A DNA stretch of 64,000 nt from a virus (lineage: Duplodnaviria > Caudoviricetes), in the IMG/VR virus record IMGVR_UViG_3300045837_000213, positions 1-64,000 of that record. The stretch is one strand, 5' to 3'. The notes below the pieces were generated by a model. It was given only the letters and a program-made list of their open reading frames with translations. It did no database searches and was not told where the DNA came from. The position numbers and the translations under genes are program-made. Below, in pieces: positions 1 to 9,430 of the stretch (the stretch's first letter is position 1; each line of letters starts with the position of its first letter).

Positions 1-26
1 GCGGCCCCAATGGGGCCGCCTCTTTT
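1..26 (+). terminator. Probable intrinsic terminator at the window edge
   Basis: GCGGCCCC-AAT-GGGGCCGC hairpin followed by CTCTTTT. Confidence 0.55.
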
Positions 27-158
27 CGTGAGCGGAGCCTTGACGTGGACAAAATAGCCCACCCCAATCGTGCAAGTTTTTTATCCGCGCAATATACGAA
101 ACCGGGTTCATACCGGGGGCGGGAAGGAGAAGTAATTTTGCACAGCGAGCTAAACCAC

Positions 159-180
159 TCTGCATAACTTGTTATGCAGA
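159..180. promoter_or_regulatory. Palindromic operator-like site (TGCATAAC family)
   Basis: TCTGCATAAC-TT-GTTATGCAGA perfect inverted repeat; the same half-site recurs in the cI/cro intergenic region. Confidence 0.55.
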
Positions 181-303
181 CGCATAGCCGATTGGCGAGC
201 GTTAGGTTTCCTGAATAAACCGGATATGAGAGAGAGGGAGGAAGGATAGGTTTACCGAAGACACAGGACGGACAAAATTCCGTCGGGCGCGGGCGAGGAG
301 ATT

Positions 304-1605
304 TCATTCGACCGGCTCCTCCTCGAGTAGATCGGAAGGGAAAGGCTCCGCGCCCTGGAGCACGCGGTAAAGACGCGCGCGGTCGATCTTCTTCCCCTCG
401 TACATGGTCATCAGTTGTTCCAACTGCTCGCCCGTCAGCTCCGACTTCTCGGCCTGCTCGGCGAGCGACTCGTCGCCGGCGTAGGCCTCGAGCACGTCGG
501 AGGCGCGGGCGCTCGTCTCCGGCGTCGCGTGGCTGTAATAGAGAACCATCGACTTGTCCGAGTGGCCGGTGACGGACTGGATGGTCGCCAGGTCGAGGCC
601 GGCCTGGAGCATGCGCGTCGTCGCCGTGTGGCGCGCGTCGTGGAAGGTTAACCCGTCGGCCACCTCACGTCCGTAAGGGATGCTGCAGTCCTCGCACGCC
701 CTCCTGAGGATCTCGTAGAACTTGGGCGACTCGTGGCCGGAGCGCGTGAAGACGAAGTCCGTCTCGCCCGACGCGATGAACTCGCGCAGGATGGCGGCCA
801 TCGTCTTCGTGACCCTGACGTAGCGGGTCGGGTTCGCGACGTACTGCGTCTTGGTGCCGAGCACCTTCAGCCTCATGCCGTCCCAATCTATGTGCTCCTT
901 CTTCAGCTTGTTCATCTCGCCGTGCCGCATCCCGGAAAGCAGGGCGAACTGGAGCTTGAGGCCGACCCTGCGGCGCGCCTCCGCCACGTTACGGCTCCTC
1001 TCGTCGAAGCGGCGCGGTGCGAGGAGGTACGCGTGCAGCGTCTTCTTCTCCTCGCCGGTGATCAGCCGCTCGCGCCTCCCCTTCGGGGCCTTGGGGCGCG
1101 GAATCTCGGGGTGGACCCACTGGTCGAGCTGCGGGTAAAGCCTCTTCACGCTGTTGAGGCAGGCGGCGACGCTGTTGAGTTCGCGGTCGACGCTCTGCGG
1201 CTTGAGGCCGTCGGCGAGCCGCTTCTTGACGAAGAGCTCGACGTGCGCGGTCTTCAACTCGGTCACCTTCAAAGACGGGTCGAGCACCGAGAGCAGGTCG
1301 CCGAGGATTCTGGTCGAGCGCGACTTCTCGCGCGGGTCGGTGATCGACTCCTTACGCCGCTCGACCAGGTCGGTGACGAGGGGGACGTCTGAGACCGAGA
1401 CGTAGCCGTAGGCGCGATCCTTCTCGTCCTTGCGGATCTTGCCGACGGCGGCGACGGCGTCCGACTCCGTCATGAAGCCGTGCTCGCGCTTGCGCCTGCC
1501 GTCGGCGAGGTAGATGTCATATCCCCACGACCAGTATTGATGTTTCTTGGCGTCGTACTTCCAGTGCTTCTTCTCCCGCTTCGAGTAGAACCGTTTGATC
1601 GCCAT
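304..1605 (-). CDS. int: Phage integrase (tyrosine recombinase)
   Basis: Catalytic motifs GMRHGE, FHDARH, TGH...YYSH; N-terminal arm-binding-like region; prophage-edge position. Confidence 0.95.
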   Translation of the reverse strand: MAIKRFYSKREKKHWKYDAKKHQYWSWGYDIYLADGRRKREHGFMTESDAVAAVGKIRKDEKDRAYGYVSVSDVPLVTDLVERRKESITDPREKSRSTRILGDLLSVLDPSLKVTELKTAHVELFVKKRLADGLKPQSVDRELNSVAACLNSVKRLYPQLDQWVHPEIPRPKAPKGRRERLITGEEKKTLHAYLLAPRRFDERSRNVAEARRRVGLKLQFALLSGMRHGEMNKLKKEHIDWDGMRLKVLGTKTQYVANPTRYVRVTKTMAAILREFIASGETDFVFTRSGHESPKFYEILRRACEDCSIPYGREVADGLTFHDARHTATTRMLQAGLDLATIQSVTGHSDKSMVLYYSHATPETSARASDVLEAYAGDESLAEQAEKSELTGEQLEQLMTMYEGKKIDRARLYRVLQGAEPFPSDLLEEEPVE

Positions 1606-1646
1606 GAAAGAGACTCCGGTTCAGTCCCCTGTCGGCAGGGGTTCCT

Positions 1647-2261
1647 TTACAGTTTGTCGGCGTCCGTCTTGCCGGAAGGCTTGTATTCGAGGTGAAGGGA
1701 AGACATCCCTACGGAGCTGTATCCCGTCAGCTTCAGCTCGATGACAGTCGAAGGGAACGACCACTGCCGCGAACGAGTCTTGACGCCCCTATCAGTAGAG
1801 TCGTTCCTGAAATTCGGCTGCCCGTACTTTTGCGTGAGCGCCTGGTCGAGGCCCTCGAAGTAGGCGTTGGCGAGCAGCGTTCTTATGTGCGAATCGACGG
1901 GCGAGAAATAGACGCTCCTCAGGCCGTTGGTCTTCACGTCCATGAAGAACTCGACCTCGAACCTGCCGCCCACGAGCTCGAAGTCCGGGATGTAGTAATC
2001 TGCGTAGGCGTACCGCTCGTCGCTTCCCTGCTTGAGGAGGTGGTTTTGCTCCGGTAGTTTTTCGAGGCGAAGGCCCGGCACTTCGGCGAGATCCTTCTCC
2101 GTCATGCCCCAGCGCGTGTTCTGCCAGCCGGGGAGGTCACGGGGCCCGGCCTCCTGCGCCGCCGCCGGTTGTAGAAGGAGCGCGGCGACGACGACAGCCG
2201 CGCCAGCCATGACGCGAAGGTGATGCGGCGCCGCCGCGGCGCGCGCCCTGAAGTCCCTCAT
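1647..2261 (-). CDS. Secreted/periplasmic hypothetical protein (lysogen-expressed position)
   Basis: Hydrophobic signal-like segment ending AAA-Q; TRWGMT motif; lies between integrase and regulator. Confidence 0.65.
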   Translation of the reverse strand: MRDFRARAAAAPHHLRVMAGAAVVVAALLLQPAAAQEAGPRDLPGWQNTRWGMTEKDLAEVPGLRLEKLPEQNHLLKQGSDERYAYADYYIPDFELVGGRFEVEFFMDVKTNGLRSVYFSPVDSHIRTLLANAYFEGLDQALTQKYGQPNFRNDSTDRGVKTRSRQWSFPSTVIELKLTGYSSVGMSSLHLEYKPSGKTDADKL

Positions 2262-2274
2262 AAAATTTCTCCGC

Positions 2275-4473
2275 TCAATCCTTCTTCCCCGCGACGACCT
2301 TGAAGCGCTTGCGCCGGCGCGAACTCCGGCGCGGGTGGACCGGGAGCCGAGCGCTCATCAGGTCGGGGTGTCGCGCGCGGATCTTCGCCGCCAGCGTCTC
2401 GATGTGCCGGAGTCCGAGGAGCGGCGCGGCGTGCGAGACGCGCCCGCCGGCGGCACGGAGCGCGTTCTCGATGTGATACCTCTCGAGGCGGAGCATCTCG
2501 GCCTGGAGGTCGCACGGGTGCCAGGCGGGCGAGGGCGATTGCGGCTTCACACGAACTTGCGCCGCGGCGCGCGCCACGTCCGCCGCGCGGACCTCGCGCC
2601 CGGGCCGAGCGAGCGCGAGGCGCTCGGCGAGCGCGCGCAGCTCCGGCACGTTGCCGAAGAGCGGCAGCCGCCTGACGGCCTCGACGGCCTCGGGCGTCAG
2701 CTCGGCCTCCGCGCCGAACTCGCGCGCGGCCTCCGCGACGAACAGGCGCAGGAGCGTCTCGACGTCCTCCGGGCGCTCGCGCAAAGGCGGCACTTCGAGC
2801 GAGACGCCGCTCAGGCGGTAATAGAGCGAGGCGCAGAAGTCGCCGTTGGCGACCGACTCCGACAGGTCGCGGTCGCTGGAGAGGATGACGCGGAAGGGCG
2901 GCGAGGAGACGCGCGTGAGGTCGACGAGGCCGAGCAGCCGCTTCTGCTCCTCGAGTCCGAGGAGCCCGGCCCCGTCGAGGTAGAGAGTCCCCGACGCGGC
3001 GTCGCGGGACTGGTGCCAATCCGTGGGGAGGTTTGAGCAGTCGAGCGCGACGAACGCGCCGGGGCGCCCGCCCCACTCGTGTATCAGCTCGGCGAGCGAG
3101 CGCCGCCCCGTGCCCGGCTCGCCGGTGATGAGGACGGGCGAGACGGAAGGCGCGACGAGGCGGGCGAGGCTCAGGAGTTCGAGGACGGCGGGCGACGCGT
3201 TGACGAGGACGGGTGTCGTCAGCCGGCGTGATCCCCCGTCGAGGCCGAAGAGGAGGCGCGCGGCGGCCCGGAGCCTCGAGAGAGTCGTGGCCGAAGGGCA
3301 GTCGCCGGCGCGCGCGTCCGCCTCCGTGTAGGCGACGAGCAGCTCGCGGCGCGGGACGTGCCCGTGCAACTCTTCGCAGACGGTCAGCGAGGCCGATGCG
3401 GCCCCTTCGTTGTCGCCGGCGAGTGACGAGATCACGCCCGCCCGCTTCAGCGTCTTCAGCGCCTCGTCATAACGACCGAGGCGTGCGAGGGCACGCCCGC
3501 GCGTGGTGAGCGCCTCGGCGAGTAGCGCGCGCTCGTCTCCGTCCTCGAGGGAGGTGGCGGCTTCACGAGCGACCCTCTCGGCCTCGCCGTAGCGGCCTTC
3601 ATCGATAAGAGCCCGCGCGCGCGTCTCGTCCACTTGCGCGATGCTGCCCTTGTCTTTGAGAGAAGAGAAAAGGGCGCGCGCGCGGTCCAGGTGTTTGTGC
3701 GCCTCCGATATCCTGCCGGCCATCGCGTGAAGGAATCCGATATTGTTCTCGACGCGCGCGCGGTAGCGCTCGTGGCCCGATATCTCGAAGAAGTACGAGG
3801 CCGCGGCGAATTCGATCAGGGCGCGGTCTGTGTATTCTGGCTTGCGTTCCGAAGCGCCGAGGTCCTTGAGCGCCGTCGCAAGTTGATTATGGTAGCGCCC
3901 CGAGAGGGACGGGTCGCCGACGCGGTCGAAGAGTTCTTTAGCCGAGGCGAGAATGTGAAGTGCCGCGTGGAGTCTCCCGGCGGAAATTTCGATGAGTCCG
4001 GACCGGAGGACGGCGAGCGCGCGCAGGTCGTCGCGCTCGCCGCACCCCGCTATGACCTCGGCGACGAGGATGCGGCCTTCGTCGAAAGCGCCCTCACGCC
4101 AGTAGCACGTCGCCAGCTCGAGCATGGATTCAAGTTCTTTGTCGCGCTCGCCCACCTCTCTGAAGAGGCGCGCCGCCTCGGAGAGAAGGTCTTTGGCGCG
4201 CCCCTGCGAGCCGGACAACTGACGCGCGCTCCCGATCCAGCCGGTGAGTGAGCCGGCGCGCATGAGTAGCTCCGCCTCCTCAAGAATGCTTAGTCCTTCG
4301 CGGCGCGGCTCGTGGCCCGCGCCGCGCCACAAGGGCGAGAGGAGGTCTCGCGCCCCCTCGTAATCGCCCACCTCCTCGAGTGTCTTGGCGCGGCGGCAGA
4401 GTTCGATCACGTCCGTGGCGCGGTCAGAAAAAACCTCTACCAGATGGGGGAAGCGCGCTCTTTTTGAATCCAT
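2275..4473 (-). CDS. TPR-repeat regulator with degenerate sigma54-activator-type AAA+ domain and C-terminal Fis-like HTH
   Basis: Helical TPR-like repeats; VLITGEPGTGRR, LYYRLS, PPLRERPED, GNVPEL and ALRAAGGRVSHAAPLLG motifs; no GAFTGA loop; Walker B reads LDG. Confidence 0.85.
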   Translation of the reverse strand: MDSKRARFPHLVEVFSDRATDVIELCRRAKTLEEVGDYEGARDLLSPLWRGAGHEPRREGLSILEEAELLMRAGSLTGWIGSARQLSGSQGRAKDLLSEAARLFREVGERDKELESMLELATCYWREGAFDEGRILVAEVIAGCGERDDLRALAVLRSGLIEISAGRLHAALHILASAKELFDRVGDPSLSGRYHNQLATALKDLGASERKPEYTDRALIEFAAASYFFEISGHERYRARVENNIGFLHAMAGRISEAHKHLDRARALFSSLKDKGSIAQVDETRARALIDEGRYGEAERVAREAATSLEDGDERALLAEALTTRGRALARLGRYDEALKTLKRAGVISSLAGDNEGAASASLTVCEELHGHVPRRELLVAYTEADARAGDCPSATTLSRLRAAARLLFGLDGGSRRLTTPVLVNASPAVLELLSLARLVAPSVSPVLITGEPGTGRRSLAELIHEWGGRPGAFVALDCSNLPTDWHQSRDAASGTLYLDGAGLLGLEEQKRLLGLVDLTRVSSPPFRVILSSDRDLSESVANGDFCASLYYRLSGVSLEVPPLRERPEDVETLLRLFVAEAAREFGAEAELTPEAVEAVRRLPLFGNVPELRALAERLALARPGREVRAADVARAAAQVRVKPQSPSPAWHPCDLQAEMLRLERYHIENALRAAGGRVSHAAPLLGLRHIETLAAKIRARHPDLMSARLPVHPRRSSRRRKRFKVVAGKKD

Positions 4474-4612
4474 GTGAGAAACCTCTTCGGTGTAAGACTT
4501 CGGTTCGGACTTACAAGAAAACTTGAATCGGTGCTATTCTTCATGCGCTCAGGACGTTAGGGCGGGCGCCAGGGCGCCCCGCCAGCACAACTTCATCCCT
4601 CCGAGGTCACGC

Positions 4613-4855
4613 ATGAAGAAGAATATCCGTTGCTCTCTCTTCGCCACGCTTTTCGTGCTGCTTCTTTCGATCGCCGCCGTCGCCGACGATGGCAATATGG
4701 GCACGCCCGCGGCACCGCCTCCGCCCTCTTCCGCGACGACTCAGAGCGCGGCGACCGACACGTCCGCGGCTACGACCTCCCAAACCGCCGCGGCGGTAGT
4801 CGAAGAGGTCGTGGTCGAGGTAGTCGAAGTTGCCCTCACGCTGAGGGCCGCTTAA
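4613..4855 (+). CDS. Small secreted peptide precursor (80 aa), divergent from the TPR regulator
   Basis: MKKNIRCSLFATLFVLLLSIAAVA signal peptide, then DDGNMGTP, a P/S/T/A linker and an acidic/hydrophobic tail; GAGG upstream of the ATG. Confidence 0.75.
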   Translation: MKKNIRCSLFATLFVLLLSIAAVADDGNMGTPAAPPPPSSATTQSAATDTSAATTSQTAAAVVEEVVVEVVEVALTLRAA

Positions 4856-4979
4856 GACGACGAAAAGGTGTCGCCTTCCAAGAGGGGCCGCCGCGCGACA
4901 GCGGCGACCTCGGTCAAAGTGTGTCCTGAGAGGCTTTGGGGCATATGCAAAAAAGATAGCAGCGATAGGAAAAATTTTT

Positions 4980-5447
4980 TTAAGCCCGCCGTTTTCTGCG
5001 GCCCTCAGCTTTTTTTGAATCTCGCGCCGCCTTAGCCGGGCGGGGAGCCGCCGCGGCCTTCGCGCCCCTGGCCGGGTACTGGCGGGCCAGCGTCTCCACG
5101 AAGAGGAGCACGTCGTCGAGCTTGTCGTCGGGGAGAGCGCGCAGGAAGGTTTGGGCCCGCTTCTCCTTCTCCCGGCGTCCCTGATCCCCGTCGCCGTTCT
5201 GCCCGTCCCCGCGCAGGTAAATTTGGAAGACGATCTCCGGCGGGTCGCCGAAGGCGGCGGCCAGACCGCGCAACGTCTCCTCCTGCACGTTCTTTATTTT
5301 GCGCTTGAGGATGTTTTGTACGGTGCCGTTCGAAAGGGTAAAGCCTTTCGCTTTCGCGCGCCGCGCGACCTCGTGCGTGCTCCAGCTCCTCTCGCCGCCC
5401 ATCGAGCGGCGGACGTAATCGGCGAGCGCTTCGCGTCCAGTACCCAC
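4980..5447 (-). CDS. CI-like XRE-family repressor
   Basis: HTH STHEVARRAK...LSNGTVQNILK...EETLRGLAAAF; divergent from Cro-like gene; GTG start at 5447 inferred. Confidence 0.8.
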   Translation of the reverse strand: MGTGREALADYVRRSMGGERSWSTHEVARRAKAKGFTLSNGTVQNILKRKIKNVQEETLRGLAAAFGDPPEIVFQIYLRGDGQNGDGDQGRREKEKRAQTFLRALPDDKLDDVLLFVETLARQYPARGAKAAAAPRPAKAARDSKKAEGRRKRRA

Positions 5448-5562
5448 GCCGTAATGAATAACATATTGTCTGCATAACGTGTTATTTAAGTTGCACAATA
5501 AATGTGTTGACATATGACGCCTGCATAATGTAATGTGCATCCCGCATAAGGAGGTGTGCTGA
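5448..5562. promoter_or_regulatory. Divergent promoter/operator region of the lysis-lysogeny switch
   Basis: AT-rich; TTGACA...CATAAT; repeated GCATAA/GCACAA half-sites; AAGGAGG RBS for the Cro-like gene. Confidence 0.75.
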
Positions 5563-5793
5563 ATGTCATTCGGCGAAGCGATCAAGCGGGCGAGGAAGCG
5601 GCAGCAGCTCTCGAAGGCCAAACTGGGCCGCAAGGCCGACCTCGCCACCGCGACGATCACCCGGCTCGAGAACAGCGAGCGCAGCGTGACGATAGACACC
5701 ATAGACAAGGCCGCCGGGGAACTCGGCCTCGTGGTCGTCGTCACACTCAAGCCCAAGCCCGAAGCCGCGGGGCAGGCGGCCACGGTCTCTTAA
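5563..5793 (+). CDS. Cro-like XRE HTH protein
   Basis: LSKAKLGRKADLATATITRLENSER HTH; strong RBS. Confidence 0.88.
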   Translation: MSFGEAIKRARKRQQLSKAKLGRKADLATATITRLENSERSVTIDTIDKAAGELGLVVVVTLKPKPEAAGQAATVS

Positions 5794-5802
5794 GGAAAAG
5801 TC

Positions 5803-6186
5803 ATGCGCAAACTCACAGGGACGAACACGGCCAGGGCCGTGGCGAGGAATCTTACGCGCAAATGTCACGTCCGCCTCGCGCGGGCCGAAGGCGCGAGGGC
5901 TTTCTTCGCCGTCGGCTGCGACCGCGGGCACGAGCACACGGTAGAGATCGAGCGGCGCGGGGACGGACTCTACGGCCAGTGCTTCTTCGAGGGGACGGGC
6001 GAGGCGTGCCCCTCGGAGCTGCGGGGCCGCGTCTGCTACCACACGACCGCCGCGCTCTCGCTCTACCTGGCCCGCGAGCGGCAGGCCGGCGCCTCCGGCT
6101 CCGTCAGGCAGCGGTGCAGATACCGGAGCGAGTTCCGGCTCGTCGCGGGGAAGCTCGCCGAGTACGTGGGGCCTTTTCGGATTTGA
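5803..6186 (+). CDS. SWIM-type zinc-finger protein
   Basis: C...CPS....RVCYH motif preceded by HEHTVEI strand. Confidence 0.6.
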   Translation: MRKLTGTNTARAVARNLTRKCHVRLARAEGARAFFAVGCDRGHEHTVEIERRGDGLYGQCFFEGTGEACPSELRGRVCYHTTAALSLYLARERQAGASGSVRQRCRYRSEFRLVAGKLAEYVGPFRI

Positions 6187-6311
6187 AGGTCGCGCCGTCG
6201 TCACGGCGCGAATGATGCGCGAGAAGGGCGCGCTAGTACAGTTCGGGGTCGCTTTTTCGGCGAACACCACTTCGAGGACTCTGGGCGGGAGAGAAAGGGC
6301 TGTGGACTTCG

Positions 6312-6785
6312 ATGGATACACCGGAGGCGAATCGCGCCGCCGTCGACGGAAACACTCTGGCCGTCGCGCGCGCCCTCAAGCGGCTGGGCATGAAACAGTG
6401 CTCGGAGCGCCTCGTCCAGTACCAGTTCAAGCCCGGCGCTGCGAGGCACGACTGGTACGGCCTCTTCTGGCGCTGGTGGAGGGCGCTGTGGATAGCGCAC
6501 CGGGCCGGCGCGGAATTCCTCTTCGAGGACTTCTGCGCGCGGGTCTCCGCCGTGCGCGACGCCGAGGGGCTGCGCGCCACTTCGCTGGGCGAGCAGCTCG
6601 ACCGCTGCGAGTACCAACACTACCGCTTCGCGGCGGCGGCGGCGCGCTCGGCCCCGCGCGACGAGATCATCCGCCTCGGCGTGGAGGAGATCGTCGAGAA
6701 GCGGAAGCTCGTCTGGATGCTGACAGCCGAGGCGGCGCGCGAGGCGTCTCCGGCCTCGCGCGCCGGCTCGCGGGCCGCGGCGTGA
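6312..6785 (+). CDS. Hypothetical early phage protein
   Basis: Plausible protein-like composition in operon context. Confidence 0.55.
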   Translation: MDTPEANRAAVDGNTLAVARALKRLGMKQCSERLVQYQFKPGAARHDWYGLFWRWWRALWIAHRAGAEFLFEDFCARVSAVRDAEGLRATSLGEQLDRCEYQHYRFAAAAARSAPRDEIIRLGVEEIVEKRKLVWMLTAEAAREASPASRAGSRAAA

Positions 6786-6819
6786 GTCCGGCGAACGTGG
6801 CCGAACAGGGAGGAGTGTC

Positions 6820-7080
6820 ATGAGTCTCATCAGGAGGGGCGAGCGCCAGAAGGTGACGCTCATCAGGCTCAAGCAGGCCGCCGAGATGCTCAACCTCGAC
6901 GAGAGCACCGTGCGGAAGGGGTGTGCCGGCACCGCGCACCTGACGAAAGTCCGTCAGGGGTCGGGCCGCCGCCAGAGGATCAGCCTCGTCCTCGAGGAGG
7001 TCGAGGCGCACATCGAGTCGCTCGTCCGGTACGCGCGCGAGCACAACCCGGAGAGCGCGGCACGCCGCGCCACCCAATGA
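6820..7080 (+). CDS. Excisionase/AlpA-like winged-HTH protein
   Basis: LIRLKQAAEMLNLDESTVRK motif; GGAG RBS. Confidence 0.7.
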   Translation: MSLIRRGERQKVTLIRLKQAAEMLNLDESTVRKGCAGTAHLTKVRQGSGRRQRISLVLEEVEAHIESLVRYAREHNPESAARRATQ

Positions 7081-7148
7081 AAGAGCGGGCGCGCCCCCCA
7101 GTCGCCAAACGGGAGGGGCGCGCCCGCCACTTAAGAAAGGACATCACC

Positions 7149-8093
7149 GTGTCAACCCATTCTACCTTAATCCGCTCAGATCAGTCACAACCGCCTTCGA
7201 CCGCGCCGCCCTCTGAGGGCTGGCTCGTCTTAGCCCGCCACACGAACCGGGAACAAGCGCCGGTGGATCTAATCATCGGCGCCGTGAGCGCGGCTGACGC
7301 CTTCATCCGCGCGAGCCTCGAGGTGCTCGGGCGGGACGTCATCGCCGACGTCTATTGCGGCGGCGCCCGCGACTCCCAGTTCGCCGAAGTCGAGGTCGTC
7401 GGTCGCGTGGAGTCGGTGCCCTCGATAGGGCGCAAGGTCACGCGCCTCTCCCTGCGCGAGCGCGCCGAGATGACGAGCGAGGTCGAGGCGCTTCGTACGT
7501 CCGCGCGCGAAGAGAGGGAGCGTCTCGCGCTCCTCGACCGTAACCGTTCACTCCTCGACCGGCTCATGCTCCAGGTCTTCGGCGACGACGCCGAATACGA
7601 AATCAGCGAGGCCGACGTTTGGGGCGAAAGAAGGTTCGTCGCCGAACTCCGCTGGGACTCAGAGACCACGCTCACCTTCACCTACGACGAGTCGCCACGC
7701 GCGCTCGCCTCACACCTGCACCAACTCGTCGGCATCGAGTATTGCCGTGAGTGCCGCTGGCACGAGCCGACGAGGCCGGTGGCGAGGCTTCAAGACGTCC
7801 TGCGCGAGATCGAAGTTCCGCCGCTCGCGCGCCACCGCTGCGACCGCGAGCGCCTCGAAGAGGTCGCCGAGCGGGACCGCGCCGCTCGCGCGCCGCGCCC
7901 CTATTGGGTGATCGAAGGGGTGAACGTCACCGGCGGCCTGTGCGTGCGCTTCACGGGCCGCGACGGCGAATCCTTCGACATCGATAACCGGTCGCGCCCT
8001 TACCTCGCCCGCGTCTCCGACGACAAGCTCCGCGCCATCTCCAAGCTGATACTCGCCGCGCTCAACAGCGCCGCGCCCGACAGGGAGGTATAG
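7149..8093 (+). CDS. Hypothetical protein
   Basis: Long ORF; GAAAGGA RBS before GTG at 7149 (start inferred). Confidence 0.55.
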   Translation: MSTHSTLIRSDQSQPPSTAPPSEGWLVLARHTNREQAPVDLIIGAVSAADAFIRASLEVLGRDVIADVYCGGARDSQFAEVEVVGRVESVPSIGRKVTRLSLRERAEMTSEVEALRTSAREERERLALLDRNRSLLDRLMLQVFGDDAEYEISEADVWGERRFVAELRWDSETTLTFTYDESPRALASHLHQLVGIEYCRECRWHEPTRPVARLQDVLREIEVPPLARHRCDRERLEEVAERDRAARAPRPYWVIEGVNVTGGLCVRFTGRDGESFDIDNRSRPYLARVSDDKLRAISKLILAALNSAAPDREV

Positions 8094-8095
8094 CC

Positions 8096-8956
8096 GTGAA
8101 GATCACCAACACGGATAACCTCCCCGAACCGCTCGTCGCGGCTGTGAGCCGCGTGCGCGAGCCGTCGCCCGACCGCGTCTCCGTGACCGAGTTGATCGGC
8201 CCGCCGCAGATAAGGCAGCTCTCGCTCCGCCACTGGGACGAGATCGTCGAGGACGCGTCCGAGCGCATCTGGGCCACGATGGGCACGCTCATGCACCAGC
8301 TCCTCGAGTCGCACGCCGGCGTAGAGCGTCACTTGGCGGAGCGGACTCTGACGACGACCGTTGCGGGATTCACCGTGACGGGGACGTTCGACCTCTACCA
8401 CGAGGGCGGCGTGCTCTCCGACTACAAGTTCGTGTCGGTGTGGACGACGCTCGACGGCCTACGCGCCGACTGGGTCAGCCAGCTCAACCTCTACGCCTAC
8501 CTGCTACGCCTTTCGGGCTCGCGCGTGTCGCGCCTCCAGATCGTCGCCATCTACCGCGACTGGTCTAAGGGGAGGGCCCACGACCAGGGCTACCCACAAT
8601 CGCAGGTGCAAATCTTCGAGGTGCCGCTCTGGACGGACGACCGCGCGCTCGCCTTCCTCGAAGAGCGCCTGCGACTCCACGCCGCGGCGCAGGGAGGCGC
8701 GGCTGTCGAGTGCACGCCGGATGAGCGCTGGGAGCGCCCGACGAAGTACGCGCTCCGGAAGCGCGGGCAGAAGCGCGCCGTCAAGCTCTTCGACGACTAC
8801 GCCGAGGCGCGCGGCGCGGCCAGCTCGCCCAACCTCTACGTCGAGCGTCGCCCCGGCGCGTCGGTGCGCTGCGAGTCCTACTGCCGCGTCGCCGCCTTCT
8901 GCCCGCAGTACGCGAGGCTCAGGGCCGGGTCGGCGGAAGAAGGGGGTGGCGAGTGA
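8096..8956 (+). CDS. PD-(D/E)XK exonuclease (Cas4/RecB-like phage recombination nuclease)
   Basis: GTLMH, GTFD...LSDYK, QLNLY motifs; C-terminal Cys cluster CESYCRVAAFC. Confidence 0.85.
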   Translation: MKITNTDNLPEPLVAAVSRVREPSPDRVSVTELIGPPQIRQLSLRHWDEIVEDASERIWATMGTLMHQLLESHAGVERHLAERTLTTTVAGFTVTGTFDLYHEGGVLSDYKFVSVWTTLDGLRADWVSQLNLYAYLLRLSGSRVSRLQIVAIYRDWSKGRAHDQGYPQSQVQIFEVPLWTDDRALAFLEERLRLHAAAQGGAAVECTPDERWERPTKYALRKRGQKRAVKLFDDYAEARGAASSPNLYVERRPGASVRCESYCRVAAFCPQYARLRAGSAEEGGGE

Positions 8957-9127
8957 GGTATCACGTCAACCCCGGCGCGCGGCCTTACGAGTGCGACCGC
9001 TGGGACGTCCTCGATTCGGCGTCGGGCGAGGTGATCGCGACGACGGGCCGCGGGCTCTTCGACGCGCTCAATTTCGCGGCAGTCCTCAACCGACATTTCG
9101 GCGCCGCCACACACCACTCGACGGAGG

Positions 9128-9430
9128 GTGAAGCAGCGGATGGATTCGATATTGAGCATCGCGCCGAAGCTCTCGTCGGCTGAGGAGGCGCTGGAGGCGT
9201 CGCCCGTCGCGGACGATCTCGTCCGCGCGCCGCGGCTCACGCAACCCGCGACGGCGCCTCTCCCGCCTCGTGCCGCCGAAGCCCTCGGGCGCGCGCAAAA
9301 ATCCGAGGTCGAAGCCGGCCTCGCCATGCGCATGGGCCGGCTCGACAGTTACAAGCGTCACCGGGCGCGGGCCCGTAAGGCCTGGGCGGCGTTCCGTGAA
9401 GCACTCACTAAGGAGAAGGAAAAGTCATGA
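9128..9430 (+). CDS. Hypothetical protein
   Basis: Overlaps the start of the next gene; start uncertain. Confidence 0.4.
   Translation: MKQRMDSILSIAPKLSSAEEALEASPVADDLVRAPRLTQPATAPLPPRAAEALGRAQKSEVEAGLAMRMGRLDSYKRHRARARKAWAAFREALTKEKEKS

Noticed and set aside
1-303. tRNA gene or att core at the prophage boundary
   Set aside because: No cloverleaf is visible and the other prophage end is outside the window, so no att duplication can be shown.
2275-4473. Functional sigma54 enhancer-binding protein
   Set aside because: GAFTGA loop is absent and both Walker motifs are degenerate.
8096-8956. Cas4 as part of a CRISPR adaptation module
   Set aside because: It sits in the phage recombination module near an annealing protein, and there is no cas1/cas2.
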